From a virus (taxonomy: Duplodnaviria > Caudoviricetes), in the IMG/VR virus record IMGVR_UViG_3300037067_005096, positions 32,001-96,000 of that record: a stretch of 64,000 nt of DNA; one strand, 5' to 3'. Below are positions 57,749 through 64,000 of the stretch, piece by piece (position 1 is the first letter of the stretch; each line of letters begins with the position of its first letter). A program made the position numbers and the translations under genes. The notes beneath the pieces were generated by a model. That model was not told the DNA's origin and searched no databases. It worked only from the letters and a program-made list of their open reading frames with translations.

Positions 57749-58134
57749 TCTACCTTTACACCTCCCTTCGCACGTTGATACAGAGCTTGAAACTCTTCAA
57801 CGGTATTGAAATGTCCCCAATCACGTGGTTCGGTGCAGGTAACAGTCTCCCCGCAAACATCACAGGTCACTGTATAGAATGTTGCTATGTGACCCTCCGG
57901 CCAAGTCTTTCCCAGTGCTTGGGCACACTCTGAGCAAATAGCAGCCGGGTAAGGTATCCATTCATGCTTCTTCGCATACGCTGATAACCTCAACTCGACT
58001 TTCTCCTTGTCCTTAGAGCCAGTAATCTCTTTACAACGAGATGTGGCACGCCCATGCACCCGACGTACATAGTATGCCATACTAAATGGGTCTTGGACAA
58101 GTAGATAACGACTTCCTTCTTGGTCTACATACAT
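57745..58134 (-). CDS. hypothetical protein with C-terminal CxxC..CDxC..TExRDW motif
   Basis: Motif shared with 50542..51099. Confidence 0.55.
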   Translation of the reverse strand: MYVDQEGSRYLLVQDPFSMAYYVRRVHGRATSRCKEITGSKDKEKVELRLSAYAKKHEWIPYPAAICSECAQALGKTWPEGHIATFYTVTCDVCGETVTCTEPRDWGHFNTVEEFQALYQRAKGGVKVE

Positions 58135-58143
58135 GATGTCACC

Positions 58144-58524
58144 TCAGAACTTCTTCAGTTCATCGTGCAGACCGGACTCGAAGAATGCGCTATCCGGGCT
58201 AAGCCCCTGCACTAGGCCCGCTTGGTAGCGGCGAATCGCTGCTTCCATTTCCAGGGGCATTACCACTCCGGTTAGTGGCTCCGCATTCGGCGGAACATCA
58301 TCTGCCAGAGCTTCAGCCAACGCTACGACCGAATCACCGGTCTCTGCAATAGCCTCTGCCAACTCCTCATGAATCTGCTCTTCCGTAGGTTCAGGCTCAC
58401 TGATGGATGCCTTGACATGAACCACAGATGCTTCTGGATTCACTGGAGCCATCGGAGTCTCTTCCTCATCCAGTCCCGGAATCGCAACAGGAGTCTTCTC
58501 ATCTTTCGGCTTGCGTCCGAACAT
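58144..58524 (-). CDS. acidic hypothetical protein
   Basis: AGGAGG RBS. Confidence 0.55.
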   Translation of the reverse strand: MFGRKPKDEKTPVAIPGLDEEETPMAPVNPEASVVHVKASISEPEPTEEQIHEELAEAIAETGDSVVALAEALADDVPPNAEPLTGVVMPLEMEAAIRRYQAGLVQGLSPDSAFFESGLHDELKKF

Positions 58525-58539
58525 ACCAGCACTACCTCC

Positions 58540-59448
58540 TTATAGGGTATTTAGGAACTCCGTGACGCTATCCCAGTTGCCTGACGCCTTCTCCAAGAAG
58601 CTCACAACTTCCTGTTCGGCAGCGACACGTGCATCCCATTTGTCTTCGTCTCGATACCGAAGCACCCAGTCCTCGATTAGAGCACTGATGACGGACGGTT
58701 CGAGAGCATCCAACTCCCAGCATTCATACCCGAACTCACTGACGTAAACACTCGACCGGGTATCTTGTAGCTTGGTCGGATTCGGTGGAGGAGAATACTC
58801 CTCAATTTGGTCATAGTTGAGAGCTATCCGATGGAATATCGGGAAAGCCCCAAACAGATTCAGCCGTTCTTCGATGTCGCGGCTCATATCCTTTCCTGAC
58901 GGGTCATGGTCACCCAGGTGAATTATCACTGTGGGCGGGCCGTCCTTGAACCTTTGTCGGCGGGTGATACGCTGTGCAGCCAGCCACATCTCTGTTTGAC
59001 TCACATAGCCCCGGCACGAGAAGAAGTTCACATCCAATGGACGACAAGCATTCTCAACAACGCCTACCAAAGCATCTTTCTCTACCCACACTTCAACCCG
59101 GAACTCTTGCCCGGCCCATTTGTCATACTGGAAGCTCTGAGCACAAGCAGAAACAATGTCTCCAGGGCTATTCCAATGCGAATTGCCCCGCAAGTTCCGA
59201 GTCCTATCCTCAATAGCATTCCAGTCAATCAGGCCACACAGACGCCCGTTAGAAATGGTCTCTCCGAGCTTCTTATACTCACGCTCGTTGTTTGCAATAT
59301 AAGCTCTAGCGACCATCTGATAGTAAACCTGACGTAGTGTAAGTTCATAGCCCTGCGCCCGGTACTGGTCAATGACCTCATTCACCAGTGCTATGATTGC
59401 CAGCGTTGCCTTTTGGAACTTGATGTCCCGGTATCGAATCTTAGGCAT
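58540..59448 (-). CDS. Topo VI-A/Spo11-like wHTH + TOPRIM protein
   Basis: LTLRQVYY, VEVWVEKDAL, RGY.S, HLGDHDPSG, WELDAL. Confidence 0.75.
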   Translation of the reverse strand: MPKIRYRDIKFQKATLAIIALVNEVIDQYRAQGYELTLRQVYYQMVARAYIANNEREYKKLGETISNGRLCGLIDWNAIEDRTRNLRGNSHWNSPGDIVSACAQSFQYDKWAGQEFRVEVWVEKDALVGVVENACRPLDVNFFSCRGYVSQTEMWLAAQRITRRQRFKDGPPTVIIHLGDHDPSGKDMSRDIEERLNLFGAFPIFHRIALNYDQIEEYSPPPNPTKLQDTRSSVYVSEFGYECWELDALEPSVISALIEDWVLRYRDEDKWDARVAAEQEVVSFLEKASGNWDSVTEFLNTL

Positions 59449-59725
59449 CTCGATGTATTTCCTCATCCAAGTGTTCGACGGCTGCCACAGCTACAGCAGC
59501 GACCTGGATAAGCTCCTTTCTCAGTGGTATGAGTGCTGCCTTATGAGCATCACTGCGCTCAGGAATCCTCCGAGCTTCAAGCAATGCTTGGCACGCCTCA
59601 CCAAACTCCTCTCCCAGAACTGTCATCCAAACTGGGAAATCGTGACGTTGGACACCCCAAAGTTCGACTTGATAGTCACGCTCTTCAGCGACTTCTTTGA
59701 GAATGTCTTCGTTCCTTATGCACAT
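59441..59725 (-). CDS. MazG-like NTP pyrophosphohydrolase
   Basis: ER..Q...WG.Q.H..W..VLGEEFGEA...ELIQVAAV. Confidence 0.75.
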   Translation of the reverse strand: MCIRNEDILKEVAEERDYQVELWGVQRHDFPVWMTVLGEEFGEACQALLEARRIPERSDAHKAALIPLRKELIQVAAVAVAAVEHLDEEIHRDA

Positions 59726-60443
59726 CAACGTATCTCCGTTTCGCTGTTTGATGGTGAGGTTTCTGCCGAATAGCATGCAGTAATTCATCTGCAAGCAGGT
59801 AATCCTCGTTCCCCACAGCTTCCACATACCGAATGGCATCCTCACAATCATCTGGATGCACTGGATGAGTCATAAGCAGACTTGCCCGTATTTGGTGGTC
59901 AAACACCCGGTCGTCTGCTTCTAGTAGTCGAAGGTCGCCCTGCGCAAGCACTGTCCACGCTGCCTCAAGCAAGTCATCTACTACATGGTCAGGTTCACAT
60001 TCACAACGTTTGCCTTCTATCAGCAGCGTCCGACATCCGGCTGCTTTACCAGCGAGAATATCTGTCTCACTGTCACCAATCATAAAGGACTCTGCTAGGT
60101 CTATGTCTAGGTCGATAGCTGCCTGCAGAAGCATACCTGGCTCCGGCTTTCGACACGAACACCCCTCCGAAGCCAGGTGCTTGCAGTAATAAAACGCCTC
60201 TATCTCCCCATTCACTGTTGCTGAAATGGCATCCTGCATTCGACACAAATCAGTTTCAGCAATGAGACCTTTCGCAATTCCTTGCTGGTTAGATACTACC
60301 ACAATGATAAAGCCTGCCGCTCTCAACCGATGAATGGCTTCTACCACACAAGGGTAGACCATCAACTCGTGTAAGTTCTTCACGTAGTCGGGCCGGTCGA
60401 TATTGATGACACCATCTCGGTCAAGGAAGACGGCTCTATTCAT
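59685..60443 (-). CDS. gmhB: heptose-1,7-bisphosphate phosphatase with C-terminal extension
   Basis: AVFLDRDGVIN, VSNQQG, CKH..CSCRKPEPGML, MIGDSETD. Confidence 0.88.
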   Translation of the reverse strand: MNRAVFLDRDGVINIDRPDYVKNLHELMVYPCVVEAIHRLRAAGFIIVVVSNQQGIAKGLIAETDLCRMQDAISATVNGEIEAFYYCKHLASEGCSCRKPEPGMLLQAAIDLDIDLAESFMIGDSETDILAGKAAGCRTLLIEGKRCECEPDHVVDDLLEAAWTVLAQGDLRLLEADDRVFDHQIRASLLMTHPVHPDDCEDAIRYVEAVGNEDYLLADELLHAIRQKPHHQTAKRRYVDVHKERRHSQRSR

Positions 60444-61341
60444 GGCCTAGTTGAGCCTCCACAAGCTGCTGCTTGTACCACTCCGGGAATCCAGCAATGA
60501 TGCCCCGCTGAATCTTCGGCCAGGCCCACTTGAAAAGCTGCTCCATTATCATGTCCTTCTCTTCCTTGAGAACATCCTGACCAACTTCTTTGAGCAACTT
60601 GCCGATGTCTCGCGGGTCGTGCTCCAGTTCCCCAGCTTCTTCAAGATGCTGTATAGCTTTCTGCCAACGAGCATCAGTCTTTAGTTGAGTAATCAAGTTC
60701 TGCACCACATCCGCAGAGCCAGGGTTGCCCATCTTCCACTCAGTCCGATGCTTCTCTTTGAACGCCTCAGACACGAACTTTGCCATCAGGCATTTCTTGT
60801 CTGGTGCGTAGACATCATAACCTATGGGCTTGATAACCACACCCTCAATCTTCACACCACCAAGCACTGAGTCTCGGTCGAGAAGTGAATTGAACAGGTC
60901 GATGTCGAGCTTGACAGCCGTTGCCAGAAGCGGAACGACTTCCAGTCCAAGCCTTGCCGCTTCAGCCGCTTTCTCCTCGTATGACAGGTAAGATTCCTCA
61001 CCAGTGTTGACATCGAAGAGAATGATATGGCTGGTCGGAATACGCTCATAGCAGAGAGCATTGTGTTTCGGCTTCGAGAGATATTCCCCACGATATGTCC
61101 AGCCATCATGCAAGTCAAGCTGCGCTACAGCTTCCACACCGGCAATGAACATCTTCTCTGGAGCATCCACTACCATCTCTTTGCCCTTTGAACGCACTCT
61201 CAACGTTCCATTGAATCTGCCAAAGCTAAACTGGCTGCCATCTACTTTCTCTTCGATATTGACAGCACACTGCAGTAGCGGTTCCAATGCTCTGTGACCC
61301 AGGTTGTACACCGAAGGATAACTATGCCAACTTGTTATCAT
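60436..61341 (-). CDS. RNA ligase (Rnl2-like nucleotidyltransferase)
   Basis: EEKVDGS, GEY, LFDV, VPLL, EGVVIK, AKFVS..FKE. Confidence 0.8.
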   Translation of the reverse strand: MITSWHSYPSVYNLGHRALEPLLQCAVNIEEKVDGSQFSFGRFNGTLRVRSKGKEMVVDAPEKMFIAGVEAVAQLDLHDGWTYRGEYLSKPKHNALCYERIPTSHIILFDVNTGEESYLSYEEKAAEAARLGLEVVPLLATAVKLDIDLFNSLLDRDSVLGGVKIEGVVIKPIGYDVYAPDKKCLMAKFVSEAFKEKHRTEWKMGNPGSADVVQNLITQLKTDARWQKAIQHLEEAGELEHDPRDIGKLLKEVGQDVLKEEKDMIMEQLFKWAWPKIQRGIIAGFPEWYKQQLVEAQLGHE

Positions 61342-61751
61342 TTCTTCAACTCCTTGAGTTTTTGTGCTATACTTACAGACTCTTCCCGTGGTGCTCCCCT
61401 ACACTCTTGTATCATCAAGTCGGCTTGTTCAGCTTTCTCAATAAGAAACGGCCTGATAAGCAAAAGAAAAGCCAAGATGTCTTGTTTAGCTCCAAAACCC
61501 CAATTCCATGTATCTTTATTCCCAGTTACTTTTGGCTCAGTTTGATGTTTTACTATATGCAAACTACCACCAAACTGTTGTTGTAATTGCTCTAAAACTG
61601 GTAGATACGAATTGGTGATATGAACTGAACGTATCCAACAAGGACTTTTATACCCACTCTTGTACCGTGAGCATTTACTACCCTTATTTCGGTACATCCC
61701 TATGCTTCCCTCACCATCAAAGAAACCTGCTACATATTCTAATGACAGCAT
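61338..61751 (-). CDS. single-motif LAGLIDADG homing endonuclease, free-standing
   Basis: EYVAGFFDGEGSI...FGG...IRPFLIEK; AT-richer than the flanks. Confidence 0.88.
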   Translation of the reverse strand: MLSLEYVAGFFDGEGSIGMYRNKGSKCSRYKSGYKSPCWIRSVHITNSYLPVLEQLQQQFGGSLHIVKHQTEPKVTGNKDTWNWGFGAKQDILAFLLLIRPFLIEKAEQADLMIQECRGAPREESVSIAQKLKELKK

Positions 61752-61805
61752 AATCCTTCACCTCTACCCCAGTATATCTCACTATGGGTATTTCATGCTG
61801 TCTTC

Positions 61806-62013
61806 AAAAAAAGCATATAGAAGTCCGGGTCAAGGCTTTCGTGAGAGTATAGGTTGCTTGACACGCTACTCTCCATCTACGGCAGCCGGACTTCTATATA
61901 CTGGGGTCTGGTCAACCACACGCTTCCCACCAGGTCAAGCCTGCCTAAGCCTTGTCCGTTGCGACCCCAAATAAGAACTCGACTATAGCCGGTAGCTGCA
62001 CTCGACTTCCCAC
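61806..62013 (-). ncRNA. unidentified structured RNA, about 210 nt
   Basis: Own promoter, no substantial ORF, several complementary segments, ends in a 14-bp stem plus U7. Confidence 0.55.
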
Positions 62014-62019
62014 CACATC

Positions 62020-62065
62020 AGTATACCGCACCTAGCAATCCAGGTCAACTGGTACTATTACTGGG
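62020..62065 (-). promoter_or_regulatory. palindrome plus promoter of the ncRNA
   Basis: CCCAGTA-ATAG-TACCAGT overlapping TTGACC-N17-TATACT. Confidence 0.75.
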
Positions 62066-62381
62066 TTTTCCGCATTTCAGCGAGCATATCTTCTTTCTCT
62101 TGCTCAAACTTCTTTCGGTCTATGCCGAAAAACTCATACAGCAACTCCAGCAGATTCGGATTGGTAGGATAAAGCACACCCTCACACATCCCACAGTGCC
62201 GCTTGTAGTCCTCGTGTTCTTCCAAGTCGATATAGCACTCATCAGTGTGTTCATGATACTTGGCAAGATGAATGTCCTTCTCTTGCTGCAGCCACTCGAA
62301 GAACTCACCACATGCTTGTGACTTCTCCTGGATTGCCACTACCTTGTCATGCTCCGGGTATTGACTGCTCTGCGATGGCAT
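62058..62381 (-). CDS. hypothetical protein
   Basis: GGAGG RBS. Confidence 0.6.
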   Translation of the reverse strand: MPSQSSQYPEHDKVVAIQEKSQACGEFFEWLQQEKDIHLAKYHEHTDECYIDLEEHEDYKRHCGMCEGVLYPTNPNLLELLYEFFGIDRKKFEQEKEDMLAEMRKTQ

Positions 62382-62598
62382 CTCTTACCTCCGTATGCTG
62401 CTTGTAAGGCTTACCCCGAAGCCCGGCTTTGAGTGCATCACGAACATCTCTGGGTGATGCACCTTGCTGTCTCATTTTGTAGCATAACAACCCTTCAGCC
62501 GTGCCACACGATGAACAGATATGAGTCTTATTGTCGGCCCGGCTGATTGCCGGGTAACCCTTGATAGGGAATGTGCATATCGGACACTTCTCAGCCAT
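62347..62598 (-). CDS. small zinc-finger protein
   Basis: CPIC...YPAISRADNKT.ICSSCG. Confidence 0.6.
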   Translation of the reverse strand: MAEKCPICTFPIKGYPAISRADNKTHICSSCGTAEGLLCYKMRQQGASPRDVRDALKAGLRGKPYKQHTEVRDAIAEQSIPGA

Positions 62599-62832
62599 CT
62601 ATTTGCCCTCCATACAATTCAGTAGGTCACAAGTCTTGGTCAAGGTCTCTATCTGGCTATTCACTGTGCCACAGAGACCCTGCAGAGCTTCTTCCGGTGT
62701 CTTGCCACTACCCTCTGCAATGACGAATCCGCCATCTTTGATTACCTGTGCAAAACATTCGCCCTGCTTCTCATAGAATTTGACGTGCATCTTATTTCCT
62801 TTCGGTTTTGGAGCCAGGGGCAACAAAAACAT
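62599..62832 (-). CDS. hypothetical protein (start probably MHVKFY)
   Basis: ORF in operon; G.GKTPEEAL motif. Confidence 0.45.
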   Translation of the reverse strand: MFLLPLAPKPKGNKMHVKFYEKQGECFAQVIKDGGFVIAEGSGKTPEEALQGLCGTVNSQIETLTKTCDLLNCMEGK

Positions 62833-63004
62833 CTCTCAAATCCTTTCCTACAATACGAATCTGACACGGCTTCAATACTCGACTCTCTCCAGCATCACTT
62901 GTAAAATCATATAAGCCGTCAGACCGTTTGGTTGCATAGCCCCAATGTTGAAATCCCCGTGCATTACTAGCACAGTTATATGATTGTCCAATTTGGGTTT
63001 TCAT
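62792..63004 (-). CDS. hypothetical protein
   Basis: ATGA-coupled ORF. Confidence 0.45.
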   Translation of the reverse strand: MKTQIGQSYNCASNARGFQHWGYATKRSDGLYDFTSDAGESRVLKPCQIRIVGKDLRDVFVAPGSKTERK

Positions 63005-63384
63005 TTCTTCACCTTCGCACAGTCACTTCCACAGTACACCTGGGGATTGCCTCCCGACCGTCGTGCTGCTTCCAGTGCTCGTTTTGATGAATACGGTATC
63101 CAGATGGTCTTCCCACACCGTGAACAGTGCTCCTCGTACAAGTTCTTCGGCTGAAAGCCTATCCAGTACCACCACAAACCTTCTTTGCAGTGGTGTCTCC
63201 TACCGACACGAAATCCAACCTTGTCAATGAGGTCTGCCATCCAATCCGGCAATACCATCAGCGTGCCGTTCTCTTCGCCAGCATGCTTCATTGTTTCCAA
63301 CTTGGTCAGAATGCGGTCTACCATGCGCTCCTTAGCTCTCATACGCTGAAGCCTGGGATGAGACCATCTGTGATACCGTATCAT
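63001..63384 (-). CDS. hypothetical protein with C-terminal CxxC..CxxxC finger
   Basis: CSRCGK...YCGSDC. Confidence 0.5.
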   Translation of the reverse strand: MIRYHRWSHPRLQRMRAKERMVDRILTKLETMKHAGEENGTLMVLPDWMADLIDKVGFRVGRRHHCKEGLWWYWIGFQPKNLYEEHCSRCGKTIWIPYSSKRALEAARRSGGNPQVYCGSDCAKVKK

Positions 63385-63416
63385 TCAGTGTGCGTTCCTT
63401 TCTGATTATCTATCTA

Positions 63417-63463
63417 AGTATACCGCACAATGTTGTGTCTTGTCTACTGGTATTTCTACCCGT
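63417..63463 (-). promoter_or_regulatory. palindrome plus promoter
   Basis: ACGGGTA-GAAA-TACCAGT-N23-TATACT. Confidence 0.7.
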
Positions 63464-63947
63464 TATAGTGCAGATTGTACGTGATGACCACACTCTCACC
63501 TTCCAACAATGTCTGGTCAAGAGTAAATGACATCTCTTTTCCATCGAGTGTTGGAATCACTGGCTGACCATCTACTTTCGCAGAGCCAGCCACAAAATCA
63601 AAAAGAGCGGGGATTACCACCTTGTACTTCTTCGGCTTAATTGGCTGTATGACCGTGATAGTCGCTGTAGCCGATGCACTGCGGTCGGTTCCATATTCGT
63701 CTGACCACAGTATCTCAATGACCAGCGGAATAGGGTCACGGGTATGCAGAATGTTACTGAGTGTCGTCTGGATAGTGGTAATCTTAGTCACACTATCAAC
63801 TTGACTAGCTGTCACAGTCACCTGCAACCCGTCTGCCGCTTTCACCGAACATGACAATACCAGCAAAACAATGCACAGAAGTGCAATCTTCACAAAGCTG
63901 GCTCTAAAACTCCGTTGTACGAACTGATACCGCATAGTGTTACCCAA
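63456..63947 (-). CDS. secreted beta-rich protein (Ig/DUF11-like)
   Basis: Signal peptide ending VKA-A; F.FVAGSAKVDG...L..GESVVITY. Confidence 0.5.
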   Translation of the reverse strand: MGNTMRYQFVQRSFRASFVKIALLCIVLLVLSCSVKAADGLQVTVTASQVDSVTKITTIQTTLSNILHTRDPIPLVIEILWSDEYGTDRSASATATITVIQPIKPKKYKVVIPALFDFVAGSAKVDGQPVIPTLDGKEMSFTLDQTLLEGESVVITYNLHYNG

Positions 63948-64000
63948 TCCCCCACGTTAGGTCGTGACCCACTGAATACCCGAAGAGCATCTGGAGACCC

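Noticed and set aside
58540-59448. Wadjet defence system
   Set aside because: No JetA/B/C genes nearby.
60436-62013. Group I intron carrying the LAGLIDADG gene and splitting the RNA ligase
   Set aside because: The ligase appears to start intact (SYPSV N-terminus, ATGA-coupled), there is no upstream exon, and only an isolated ATAGTC is present without a recognisable P7 partner.
61806-62013. Hammerhead, HDV-like, FMN or cobalamin identity for the ncRNA
   Set aside because: Only fragments (CGAAA, GGGAAG) match; the core motifs and topologies could not be fitted by eye.
39-63804. Numerous plus-strand ORFs antisense to minus-strand genes
   Set aside because: They are shadow ORFs without RBS or recognisable motifs; only 31071..33869 and 33850..34476 are supported.
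1-64000. Stop-codon reassignment
   Set aside because: Genes are full length in the standard code, TAG/TGA/TAA all terminate genes, and there is no suppressor tRNA.

Overview
This 64 kb window is part of a large tailed dsDNA bacteriophage genome. Nearly all genes are on the minus strand; a primase and one adjacent gene are on plus. Read in transcription direction (right to left) it contains: small accessory genes; an unannotated structured ncRNA, a free-standing LAGLIDADG endonuclease and an RNA ligase; a 15-tRNA array with an HNH gene inside it; a dispersed manno-heptose and glycan set (GmhA, HldE-type kinase, HddA-type kinase, GmhB, GT9/GT4/GT-A transferases, five SAM methyltransferases); tmRNA; nucleotide metabolism (dUTPase, HD, NDT, ThyX, NDK, dNMP kinase, class II RNR); replication genes (DinG, SNF2, primase, SSB-like, UDG-fused PolA, VRR-NUC, Cas4-like); and packaging/structural genes. 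The head genes are T4-like (gp20-like portal; a 1084-aa DUF6582/protease/scaffold/gp23-like capsid polyprotein). The tail genes look siphovirus-like (tube, frameshifted chaperones, tape measure). Non-coding highlights: an 18-bp GTA-N4-TAC palindrome in 8 copies, 7 at fixed spacing from a -10 box and 5 overlapping the upstream stop codon; a second motif shared only by the capsid and tail-tube genes; a promoter boxed in by a perfect 19-bp inverted repeat; and a tRNA-Pro wedged between neck genes. All protein family calls come from motif recognition by eye; no database search was run.
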